A stretch of DNA of 32,000 nt from Candidatus Electronema aureum. GTDB taxonomy: Bacteria > Desulfobacterota > Desulfobulbia > Desulfobulbales > Desulfobulbaceae. The notes beneath the pieces are model-generated. The model was not told the origin of the DNA. It searched no databases and saw only the letters and a program-made list of their open reading frames with translations. Positions 1 through 8,771 of the stretch are shown one piece after another (the stretch's first letter is position 1; every line of letters begins with the position of its first letter). The stretch spans positions 1 to 32,000 of the forward strand of contig NQJD01000010.1 in NCBI GenBank assembly GCA_004284765.1, in the 5' to 3' direction. Position numbers and translations under genes: made by a program.

Positions 1-426
1 TCCCAAGAGCCTTCATTCTTGCATAAACAGACTGATGCTTGACAGAAAAGAACATCGCTCTTTCCTCAAGAGTCGCTGAAGGATTTTTCAGAACATGCTC
101 AAGAAGAGCCTCGTCGCTGAATTTTTTCGCACGATATTTTGTCCTTTTATAAGGCTCAACACTTCCTGTCTCCTTGTATTTTCTTATCCATCTGTTCAGG
201 GTGTCCAAACTTATAATAAATAGGAGTTACGCAGTTCGATTGCCAAACCGTTGATTTTATTCAACTGGCGATTTATGCGACAAAAAGACAACTTACTGTA
301 ATGGTTGAGCTTCTCATTTCAACTGCGTAACTCCTAAAAAATATCAAGAATTTCTTTTTTGGATATCCGTGATTCATAACTCTTGATCACCCTTTTTCTC
401 AAGTCATTGCTGTATACTTTAGCCAT
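1..426 (-). pseudogene. IS630-family transposase gene, N-terminal part, split by a 116-bp insertion; continues past window start
   Basis: Minus-strand translation from ATG (426): MAKVYSNDLRKRVIKSYESRISKKEILDIF (426..337). It resumes after the insertion as SLDTLNRWIRKYKETGSVEPYKRTKYRAKKFSDEALLEHVLKNPSATLEERAMFFSVKHQSVYARMKALG (213..1). This is the typical HTH N-terminus of IS630/Tc1-type transposases. It is absent from the ORF track because it is interrupted. Confidence 0.7.
221..336. mobile_element. MITE-like 116-bp element with perfect 16-bp terminal inverted repeats, inserted in the IS630-type transposase gene
   Basis: TAGGAGTTACGCAGTT at 221..236 is the exact reverse complement of AACTGCGTAACTCCTA at 321..336. 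There is no coding capacity between them. Removing 221..336 rejoins the transposase reading frame (..ILDIF|FIISLDTLNRW..). Confidence 0.65.
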
Positions 427-516
427 TTCACGTAACATGTTAATTAGTTAAATAAAAAAATAACCTCTCAGGTTGTAAATTATAACACAACTGATTTAAA
501 ACTTAAACACTATATT

Positions 517-615
517 ATGGAAAAGCTCAACAACAGGCCTCGAAAATCTCTTGGATTTAAAACACCAAAAGAGCTATTTTTGGGAGACTACTTAACGGTT
601 GCACTTGGAACTTGA
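517..615 (+). pseudogene. IS30-family transposase C-terminal remnant (33 codons)
   Basis: Translation MEKLNNRPRKSLGFKTPKELFLGDYLTVALGT* matches the conserved C-terminal LNNRPRK-LG-KTP-E-F motif of IS30-family transposases. The rest of the gene is missing. Confidence 0.6.
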
Positions 616-671
616 ATTCACCCTCTAATATGTTGTCAGGAAAGCATTAATATCGTCAACACTTCAAGAAC

Positions 672-3600
672 ATGATTGATTTTTCCAAAATTCACGGATT
701 TCAGGCAGGACAACGCCATTCTTTTGAAGAGTTGGTCTGCCAACTGGCACGCAGGGAAGAATATCCCGCTGATGCGGAATTCAGACGAGTGGAAGGGGCC
801 GGTGGTGATGGAGGCGTTGAGGCGTATTGGAAGAAAGCAGATGACAGAGAGATAGGGTATCAGGCAAAGTATTTTCTGCGAACAGGCGATATTGATTGGG
901 GGCAAATAGACGAGTCCGTAGCTCAAGCGATTCAAACTCATGAGAAACTTGAGAAGTATGTAGTTGCCTTGCCTTGTGATCTTACGGATAGATCAGGAAA
1001 GAAAGAGCAGGGCAAACCCGGCTGGGAGCATTGGAAAACCCATGTTGCGAAATGGAAGAAACAAGCTGCCGAACAGGGCAATTCAAGCATTCAATTTAAT
1101 GTCTGGTCTCAGAGTGAGCTGCTCACCAGATTAACCAAGCCGACGGCTGAAGGTCTGCGACAGTATTGGTTTGGTGAAGTCGAGTTCTCACAACGATGGT
1201 TTAGGGAACATGTTCGGGAGGGCATTGTCTCTCTTGACGAGAGGTTTCACCCGGAAGATCATGTCGATGTTCATATCCAGAAGCTCTTTTCAGTCCTTGT
1301 CCGTCATCCATCATACGTTGATGAGCTGAAAAGTAAGCTCTCTGCTATTTTTGAGAATACACTATCGATCAACCAGTTTTCAGGCTTGCCCCAGCAGCCT
1401 GATCCAGCACTTCTTGCCAACTTATCCAAGGCACAGAAGCAATTGCTCGCTGTGCAGGAAGAGTTTGCTCTGCCTCTGTATAAAGATTGGAATATTGACC
1501 AATGGATACGTTTTGCCGATGAACTCATCTCGTTATTGGAAGCCTTGTCTGTTTGGTGTTGGGAGTATGCAAGAAAATTAGAACGGGAAAGTCCTGCGAA
1601 TAACGAAATATATCGACAAAGTAGTGTATTATCTTCACTCAAGGAGTCTGCGGAAGAGTTCCGTTCGCTCTGTGCAAGTGAATTCATGCAGGCAGAACAA
1701 GGCCGGATTGCATTCATTGAAGGACGGGCTGGAACTGGGAAAAGCCATCTGTTCGGCAAAGAGGCATCCAGAGTTGCAGATGAAGGCGGAGCCGTCATTC
1801 TTGCGCTTGGACAACGCATGAACAATGAAGAGCCTTGGTCGCAGTTTGCAAAACTTTTTCATCTGCCGAATAAAAATGCTGATGTTTTACTTGGTACCCT
1901 TGATGCCGCTGGCGAGGCAAGTGGTAAAAGAGCATTGTTGTTGATTGATGCCATCAATGAGGGGCCAGGCAGCAGATACTGGCAGAACCATATCTTGAGT
2001 TTTGTCGAGACGGTGCAGAAACACAAAAACATTGCTTGCATTATCTCTTGCCGATCAGAATATTTTCCCGTTGCCATACCAGATTCCCTTGCCCAGAAAA
2101 CCCCGACTTTTTCCATCAGAGGCTTTGAGACGCATGACGAACAGGTGAATGCAGCCAAGGTTTTTCTTGATCGCCGAGGAATAGCTCGTCCAAGCACACC
2201 TTGGTTGGCCCCTGAATTCGTCAATCCGCTGTTTTTGCGTTCGGTCTGCGTGTCCTTGGCGCGGGATGGAAAATCAGAATTCCCAACAGGTCTGCATGGA
2301 ACACGTCATATTCTCAGCTATTATTTAGACAGCGTTGGAAAGAACATCAAGGCTGCGGAAGGAAGTTTGGCTTCCTTGCCTGCTGCTGTAAAAAATTCTG
2401 TCGTGCAACTTGCCAACACGATGGTTTCTCATCGCAATGATTATCTCACAATGAGTGAGGCGGAACAAGTCATCGGCAAATGTTTTCCACCAGCAGCACC
2501 GCATTCCGAAGCCAGCTGGCTTCTTGTTCTGTTGAGCAATGGTCTCATTCGTCGTGATCCAAATCCACAGGCAAGCAACGATCCTTTGGCAGAAGCTGAA
2601 GACGTGATTCGTTTCAGCTTTCAGCGATTCCAGGATTTCCTGATGGGCGATACGCTTGTTGCTGACCATAAAGACGCAGGCACGCTGTTCAGTGATTCAG
2701 GTCCGCTGCAATTCATACTCGATGAAGGAAGGATTTCTTGGCAATGGCGGGGTCTTTCCGAGGCATTGTCTTCAATTATCCCGGAGAAATTTGGCTGTGA
2801 GCTTATTGATATTTTGCCTGATAAACAATTAGTGCATAATCCTTGGGATATATTAGCGTATCATCCTTTAGAGATTAATGATTTATTTATTGAAAGTATT
2901 AAGTGGCGAGAGCGAAAAGCATTTAGTGAGCGTTCCTTAGAACTGTTTAACAAACTGGTGCAATATCCCCTTGAGGTGCTGCTTGAAATTTCGGTATCTT
3001 CTGATCATCCGTGGAATGCGGAACTGCTGCACCGTAATCTCGCAAAGCTCAAGCTCCCTGAGCGAGATGCCTTCTGGACGGTATGGCTGAACGAGCGATC
3101 GGCGGAAAATGACTCTTCTGTTGGACGATTGATTGACTGGTGTTTGTCTGGGCAGGTGCCGCATACAAACAGGGAGAATCAATTTTTGGCTGGATTGACG
3201 CTGTGTTGGTTTTTCACAGCATCGAATCGGATTATTCGCGATAAGGCAACCAAAGCTCTATCCTCACTTTTCATTGTGAGAGCGGATATTTTTCCCGACC
3301 TCTTGGAACGATTCAGAGATGTTGATGATCTGTATGTTCTTGAAAGGATCTTGGCCGCAGCCTATGGCGCAAGCTGTCGAGATCAAGAGCGGGGACGATT
3401 AGAAAGCTACAGCCGCGTAGTTTACAAGTATATTTTCGCTGATAACAAACCTCCTTTGGGACTTCTTCTGCGGGATTACGCCTTTGGGATTATTGAACTG
3501 GCACGATACCATGATGTGCTTGCGTCTGAAGTAGATTTTGATTGTTGCAACCCGCCGTACCAATCGAAAAGAGTCTGCTTTAATATCACTGAAGAACAAC

Positions 3601-5051
3601 TTAAAGCTGTTGCTAAAAAGGCAGGTGGTGACGAGATTCTTCGCTCGGCTACAGGTTATATGGGTGATTTCGCACGATACGAAATCGAACCAAGGGTGGA
3701 AAACTTTCTCTCAGTGCCATTGAGCAAAGATGTGCCGTTGAATTCAGAGGATATCAAAACAGTAGAGGATATTTTTTTACTTTTACTTTCCGATGCAAAG
3801 AAAAAACAATTTGAGAATGAAGTTATACCAGCCCGTTATGATCGAACCGAAAAAACAAAAAAGATTGATATTGCGGCGGCAATGCGTTGGGTCGCCAACC
3901 GTGTCTATCGAATGGGATGGACTGCAAAACGATTTGCTGATGATCGGTCTCGACACAAGGGAGGACACGCTTACTCTCGTGACAGGCCAATTGTCGAGCG
4001 GATAGGAAAGAAGTATCAGTGGTTGGCCTTAGATGAGCTGCTGTGCCGCTTGGCTGACAATCACTGGTTTACAGGTGAATATGGCGGTATGCCAAGACAT
4101 TATTCCCGCTCGACGGATGTTGATTTTCACCGAGACATAGACCCGACTATCATTGAGGAGGAAGAACTACGGGAACAGCGTAACGGAACGTCCCAAGAGT
4201 GGGTAGATCAACCCATAATTACGCTGCCGGAAGTTGCTGAAGATGAATTGGCAGCTTGGCCTTTTCAGGATGATCCCGCCTGCCAACTGAAAAATATGAT
4301 AGAACGTCAGGATAATACAGGGACAGATTGGATGGTTCTCTATGAGCATCAAGTTGCAACTAAAAAATATCCTAAAGAACAACGAGGAGAGCATGGTCTT
4401 CGTCAACAAGAATTCCGGTTTCTTATGTCTGTTGTTGTGCGGAAAGATGAGATTAAAGATATAATCAATTCACTGAAAACAAAAGAGAAATTTGAGCTTG
4501 GCAGTTTGAGATGGGAGCCTCGTAACATGACTGACGAGGCTTTCCTCTATGAAGCCCCTTGGAGAACGACTTGGCCAGATTCCAAATGGAAATTTAACAA
4601 TTGGGATGTGCCAGAAGGAGTGGGGATAGCTTATCCTGTATGGGGCTATAACTGGGAATCACACATGGATGCCTCGCTGCCGAACGGATTCAATACCTAT
4701 CTCCCGGCTCCTTGGCTGGCAAAGGAACTAAAACTTACCCCGAAATTCAATCAAACAGGTTGCTGGGCAGCTCCAAATGGTGAAACAGTATTCAGGGAAA
4801 TTGCTGGAGAAAAAGGCGGCAGCCTCTGTTTGCTGCGTAAAGATTTTGCCGATCAACTGCTTGGTGATGATCTCTGCATTCTTTGGCTGTTGATTGCTGA
4901 AAGAAATGCTTGGCCCGGCGGAAGCAATAACAATCCCGCTTGGCGACGTTCGGAAGGACTATGCTGGCACGATGGGAAGAAACTAAGAACAGCTACTTGG
5001 AAAAGGGATAACGGCAACGGCACTTCTGCCAAATATACTGGCAAGGAGTAA
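672..5051 (+). CDS. Large P-loop NTPase (STAND/Avs-like) with N-terminal Mrr/PD-(D/E)xK-like nuclease motif and ~1000-aa C-terminal region of unknown fold
   Basis: 1459-aa ORF. Walker A is GRAGTGKSH (about nt 1725..1751) and Walker B-like is ALLLIDAINEG (about nt 1932..1964). The N-terminus has GGDGGVEAYW..IGYQAKYF, resembling the DGG-(D/E)..Q-x-K core of Mrr-type restriction nuclease domains. GC is lower than the neighbours, IS debris lies on the left flank, and there are no partner genes. Confidence 0.75.
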   Translation: MIDFSKIHGFQAGQRHSFEELVCQLARREEYPADAEFRRVEGAGGDGGVEAYWKKADDREIGYQAKYFLRTGDIDWGQIDESVAQAIQTHEKLEKYVVALPCDLTDRSGKKEQGKPGWEHWKTHVAKWKKQAAEQGNSSIQFNVWSQSELLTRLTKPTAEGLRQYWFGEVEFSQRWFREHVREGIVSLDERFHPEDHVDVHIQKLFSVLVRHPSYVDELKSKLSAIFENTLSINQFSGLPQQPDPALLANLSKAQKQLLAVQEEFALPLYKDWNIDQWIRFADELISLLEALSVWCWEYARKLERESPANNEIYRQSSVLSSLKESAEEFRSLCASEFMQAEQGRIAFIEGRAGTGKSHLFGKEASRVADEGGAVILALGQRMNNEEPWSQFAKLFHLPNKNADVLLGTLDAAGEASGKRALLLIDAINEGPGSRYWQNHILSFVETVQKHKNIACIISCRSEYFPVAIPDSLAQKTPTFSIRGFETHDEQVNAAKVFLDRRGIARPSTPWLAPEFVNPLFLRSVCVSLARDGKSEFPTGLHGTRHILSYYLDSVGKNIKAAEGSLASLPAAVKNSVVQLANTMVSHRNDYLTMSEAEQVIGKCFPPAAPHSEASWLLVLLSNGLIRRDPNPQASNDPLAEAEDVIRFSFQRFQDFLMGDTLVADHKDAGTLFSDSGPLQFILDEGRISWQWRGLSEALSSIIPEKFGCELIDILPDKQLVHNPWDILAYHPLEINDLFIESIKWRERKAFSERSLELFNKLVQYPLEVLLEISVSSDHPWNAELLHRNLAKLKLPERDAFWTVWLNERSAENDSSVGRLIDWCLSGQVPHTNRENQFLAGLTLCWFFTASNRIIRDKATKALSSLFIVRADIFPDLLERFRDVDDLYVLERILAAAYGASCRDQERGRLESYSRVVYKYIFADNKPPLGLLLRDYAFGIIELARYHDVLASEVDFDCCNPPYQSKRVCFNITEEQLKAVAKKAGGDEILRSATGYMGDFARYEIEPRVENFLSVPLSKDVPLNSEDIKTVEDIFLLLLSDAKKKQFENEVIPARYDRTEKTKKIDIAAAMRWVANRVYRMGWTAKRFADDRSRHKGGHAYSRDRPIVERIGKKYQWLALDELLCRLADNHWFTGEYGGMPRHYSRSTDVDFHRDIDPTIIEEEELREQRNGTSQEWVDQPIITLPEVAEDELAAWPFQDDPACQLKNMIERQDNTGTDWMVLYEHQVATKKYPKEQRGEHGLRQQEFRFLMSVVVRKDEIKDIINSLKTKEKFELGSLRWEPRNMTDEAFLYEAPWRTTWPDSKWKFNNWDVPEGVGIAYPVWGYNWESHMDASLPNGFNTYLPAPWLAKELKLTPKFNQTGCWAAPNGETVFREIAGEKGGSLCLLRKDFADQLLGDDLCILWLLIAERNAWPGGSNNNPAWRRSEGLCWHDGKKLRTATWKRDNGNGTSAKYTGKE

Positions 5052-5054
5052 GAA

Positions 5055-5077
5055 AAGGGCGAATTTATTTCGCCCTT
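5055..5077 (-). terminator. Hairpin between convergent genes, probable intrinsic terminator of the truncated purL transcript
   Basis: AAGGGCGAA-tttat-TTCGCCCTT forms a 9-bp stem. On the minus strand it is followed by TTTTCTT. It sits between the stop at 5051 (+) and the stop at 5094 (-). Confidence 0.55.
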
Positions 5078-5093
5078 CCAATATCATCTCAAG

Positions 5094-7645
5094 TTACTTC
5101 GCACACCATTCATACGCATTCTGAAACATCCGCAGCCACGGCGAGACCTCCATCTCTTGCATCTCCCTCGGCAGCCAATGGCATTGCCACGGCAGGAAGG
5201 CCCGCTCCGGGTGCGGCATCAGGGCTAAGTGGCGGCCATCAGGCGAGCACAGACCGGCGAATCCGTCCGGCGAGCCGTTGGGGTTGAAGGGATAGGCTTC
5301 CGTGGCCGCGCCGCTGTCGTCGGCATAGACCAGCGGCACCAGCTTCTGGCTGATCACCTCGGCCCGCACCGCCGCGTCCGGGAAGTGCAGCAGGCCCTCG
5401 CCATGCGCCACGTGAATGCCGAAGACGAGGCCGCTCATACCGCGCAGCATCATGGCCGGGCTGTCGGTCACGCGCACGGTCGTCCAGCGCGACTCGAAGC
5501 GGCCCGATGTGTTATGCACGAAACGCGGCTGCTTCTCCGCCGCTAAGCCGCGCCACGGCACCCAGCCGAGCAGTCCAAAGAGCTGGCAGCCGTTGCAGAT
5601 GCCGAGGGTGAACGTGTCGGGCCGATTCAGAAACTCGTCGAACATTGCCCGCAGCCGCTCGTTGAAGAGGATGGTTGCGGCCCAGCCCTTGGCCGAGTCC
5701 GGCACGTCGGCGTAGGAGAAGCCCCCGACTGCCGCGATGCCCCGGAAGCCGTCCAGCGTCACCCGCCCGGCCAGCAGGTCGGTCATGGTGATGTCCCACG
5801 GCTCGAAGCCCGCAGCGTAGAAGGCGGAACTCATCTCGCGGTCGGAGTTGGAGCCTTCATCGCGGAGGATGGCGACCTTGGGCTTGCGCTCAGCGGTGAG
5901 CAGAGCCTTGGGTGAGGACTGCGGCGAGAAGGGCAGATGATAGGCCGGAGCGGCGCGATCGAAGACGTTCGTTTTTTCCTGATCAGCACAGGCGGGATTC
6001 ACTTGCAGCCGCTCAAGCTGGTAGCTGGTCTCTTCCCACTCCTGCCGCAGGACGCGCATGTCCTCATTCAGCACAAGCGTATCATTGCAGCGGATGCGGA
6101 TGCGCTTCTCCGCCGTCGTTGTGCCCAGCACTTCGCAGCTCACCTCGGCCACAGCGAGACGGTGCCTGATCTGCTCAAGCTGCTCCTGCCGACATTCGAT
6201 CACCAAGCCCAGCTCCTCAGCGAAGAGGGTGGGAACAGCCTCGCCCTGAACTTCGATCTCCACGCCGCAGTTGCCCGCAAAGGCCATCTCCAGAACGGTG
6301 GTGATCAGGCCGCCGTCGCTGCGGTCGTGACCAGCGAGAATCAAGTCTCGGTCGATCAGCTCCTGCACCGCAGCGAATGCCTGCCGAAGCAGCACTGAAT
6401 CGTCCATGTCCGGGCTTTCGTCGCCAAGGCTGCCGAGGGTCTGCGCCAAAGCTGAACCACCCAGCCGCGCCTTGCCCGGTGCCAGATCAATCAGCAGCAA
6501 TGCCGAACCTGGCTCCTTGATGTCCGGCGTGACTGCCTTGCGTATGTCGCTCATCGCGGCATACGCGGAGATGACTAACTCACGAGGGGACTTCACCGTC
6601 TCCGCGCCGACCTTGGTCGCCATCGAGAGCGAGTCCTTGCCGCCGTCAACCGCCATGCCGGTGGCGATCATCGCATCGCGCATGGCCCGCGCCGCGTCGT
6701 TCATCGCCGCGCCTTCGCCCGCCAGCTTGGGTGCCCACATCCAGTTGGCCGAGCACTTGACCTGCTCCGGGTCGTCAATCTTCGCCCAGACCAAGTTCGT
6801 CCACGCCTCGCCAACCGCCATGCGTGCGCCTGCTGCTGGGTTGATCAGCATCTTAATCGGTTGCTCGCCAATGGCTGTGGCAATGCCGGTCAGACCAAAG
6901 TGCGACTGCGCCACCACCGCCACATCACCGACGGTGAGCTGGAGCGGGCCGCAGCACTGCTGCCGGGCGATCAAGCCGGTGACGGAGCGGTCAACCTTGT
7001 TGGTCAGGAAGCGTTTCGAGCCGACCGAGACGAGGCGGAGGACGTTGCGGAGGTGATCGCGAAGGGATGTAGGGGCGAACCTTGTGTTCGCCCCTTGTTG
7101 CCCGGAGCCGGGTAGGGCGAATACAAGATTCGCCCCTACAGGTATGCGCTGATCCTCAAACGTCTTCTGCGGAATATGCCCCAGCACCTCCTTCAGCTCC
7201 ACGTCAACGGGCGTGCTGCCGTCCTGCTCGTCCGAGACCACAAAGCGCAGGTCGCCGGTGACTTCGCCCAGCACCTCGCAGGCCACTTTCTCCCGCTCGC
7301 AGATGGCGAGGAACTGCTGGATATTCTCCGGCTTGATCAGCAGGCCATTGCGTTCTTGATACTCGGCCACGTAGATTTCCAGCACCGACATGGTGGGGTC
7401 GCCGACCCGTATCTTGCGGATTTCGATGCGCCCGCCGGAGTGCTCGACCAGCTCCTTGAGCACGTTGGCCGGGCCGCCTGCGCCCTGGTCGTGGATGACC
7501 TCGATCAGCGTCCTGCCGCCCATCTCATTGCAGGCGCGGATGACCCGGTTCATCTTCTGCTCCATCTCCGCGTCGCCGCGCTGCACCGCGTTGAAGTCCA
7601 GCTCCGCTGCGTTCTCGCCTTGGAGCATGGACGAGGCCGCGCACG
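5094..7645 (-). pseudogene. purL: 5'-truncated copy of phosphoribosylformylglycinamidine synthase (large single-chain PurL), C-terminal two thirds, ORF still intact
   Basis: The 844-aa ORF aligns colinearly with residues ~439..1282 of the full copy at 13908..17756 (MLQGENAAELDFNAVQRGDAEMEQK.. onward; the first ~100 residues are identical). Homology (AASSMLQ) runs upstream of the ATG up to the stop codon of the preceding gene. It therefore starts inside the synthetase domain and lacks the N-terminal third. Confidence 0.9.
7069..7139. repeat. REP doublet (REPIN/BIME-like): two inverted GTAG-type palindromic units inside the truncated purL ORF
   Basis: Unit 1 is GTAGGGGCGAACCTTGTGTTCGCCCCT (stem 7071..7080 / 7086..7095). 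The reverse complement of 7112..7139 is GTAGGGGCGAATCTTGTATTCGCCCTAC, near-identical to unit 1 but inverted. The ORF stays open through it (..PVGANLVFALPGSGQQGANTRFAPTS..). Confidence 0.7.
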
Positions 7646-7649
7646 CCTG

Positions 7650-8726
7650 TCAATTCATCTTCAGCACCAGCACCTCCACCAGCCTGCTGGAATACCCGCT
7701 CCTGATCATCTTCACCAGATCAGCGAAGTTATTCACTGTGATATTCAGACTGCTGAGAGCAGAGCCGCTGAAGCCCGGCAGCACGTATGCGCCATTGGCG
7801 AGAACCTGCACCGCCGCGCCCGCCCTGCCGCCTTCCGTCATATCGAGCAAATTGAGCGACAAGCTGCCGGTGTGCAGATCAAGGATGGCCTGAATGCGCA
7901 CGGTCTCATCCGCGCTCAAGCTGCCGCCGGTGACGGTGACATACGGCGACGCGGCCTTGTCCGTCAGGATGCCGACATCCGGCGGATTGGGGTGGCCGAA
8001 ATTGGTCAGCGTCAATGGGGTGCGCAGCTTGCGGCGGTAGATGCCAGTGCGCAAAGTGCCGTTCGCGGTGTAATGGGTGGCGATGGAGAGGGTGTACTCG
8101 TTGTTCCACGGGTCGTTCTGCGCCGGGATGTCAGGCAGCAGCGTGACTTCCGTGTTGGCGATGCCGACAAAGCGCGTCTGCACGGTTCGCCCACTCCGTG
8201 TGCCCTCGATCACGCAGGCTTCGTCCGGCTTCTTTGGGTCAAAGAGCAGATTGCTGCCGGTGAGCTGCAAGGCCCCGCCGCTGTGCAAGATATCTTTCAG
8301 GCCCAGCACTGTGTCTTCCGCCGCCGTGATCAGCGGGGCCTTTTCGGTCATGGGCAGACGTTCAATCTGCACCGCCCGCTGCACGGTCTCGGTGCAGGCT
8401 TTGGACGCATGGACGCGCACATTGAGCATGTCCTCAACCGGCGGCAGCGGGTCGTCCGGCGACTCCAGCCGTGCGCTGAAGGAGAGGCCGAAGGTGAAGG
8501 CATCCGGCAGTACGGTCTGGTTGCCGTTGATCAGGTTTGCGCCAATCCGCTCCATCGCCGCCATGATGATGGTTTTGGCATCCTCTTGGGCGTAATTGGG
8601 GTGCATCTGCACCACCTCGGCGGCCAGCTCATCATAGCCGAGCGTGTCTTTAGGCACAAAACGGACGGAATACGACGGGGGCGTGGTCAGGGCATTGCCC
8701 TCGATCCGCACTTGCACAGTTGCCAT
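7650..8726 (-). CDS. HU-like DNA-binding domain protein with DUF4469-type Ig-like domain(s), copy A
   Basis: 358-aa ORF with RBS AAGGAGAAG upstream. The N-terminus MATVQVRIEGNALTTPPSYSVRFVPKDTLGYDELAAEVV..LINGNQTV..F.GLSFSARLESPDDPL follows the pattern of Bacteroidetes-type HU-HIG proteins (N-LT-P-Y-ARV, then L-G-V, then G-F). The middle part (LQLTGSNLLFDPKKPDEACVIEG..NEYTLSI) follows the DUF4469 pattern. It is a paralogue of 17818..18891. The family assignment is from memory of motif patterns, not a search. Confidence 0.7.
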   Translation of the reverse strand: MATVQVRIEGNALTTPPSYSVRFVPKDTLGYDELAAEVVQMHPNYAQEDAKTIIMAAMERIGANLINGNQTVLPDAFTFGLSFSARLESPDDPLPPVEDMLNVRVHASKACTETVQRAVQIERLPMTEKAPLITAAEDTVLGLKDILHSGGALQLTGSNLLFDPKKPDEACVIEGTRSGRTVQTRFVGIANTEVTLLPDIPAQNDPWNNEYTLSIATHYTANGTLRTGIYRRKLRTPLTLTNFGHPNPPDVGILTDKAASPYVTVTGGSLSADETVRIQAILDLHTGSLSLNLLDMTEGGRAGAAVQVLANGAYVLPGFSGSALSSLNITVNNFADLVKMIRSGYSSRLVEVLVLKMN

Positions 8727-8771
8727 AATTCTTCTCCTTGAGGAAAAAATTGAGCTGCATGTATGAAAGCC

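Noticed and set aside
636-941. 101-aa minus-strand ORF overlapping the start of the STAND gene
   Set aside because: It lies antisense to a 1459-aa ORF with clear NTPase motifs, has no recognisable motif or RBS, and is likely spurious.
5094-7628. The truncated purL treated as an independent functional FGAM synthase starting at MLQGEN
   Set aside because: The ATG is an internal Met of the full protein. Homology continues upstream of it to the neighbouring stop codon. The N-terminal domain, linker and first half of the synthetase domain are missing, and there is no RBS. It is called a remnant, although the intact ORF is flagged separately.
7590-7650. Selenocysteine recoding of the TGA at 7650..7652
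   Set aside because: I could fold only a 4-bp stem (CTCG/CGAG) downstream. There is no SECIS-like hairpin with an appropriate apical loop at the expected distance. Copy B ends at the same aligned position with a normal stop.
7176-8741. 521-aa plus-strand ORF, along with many other 60-300-aa ORFs antisense to purL, arsM, acr3 and glgX, including the 606-aa ORF at 15912..17732
   Set aside because: These are shadow ORFs typical of high-GC DNA. They lie antisense to genes with clear family motifs, their products are low-complexity R/A/G/H-rich strings with no recognisable domain, and they lack RBSs.
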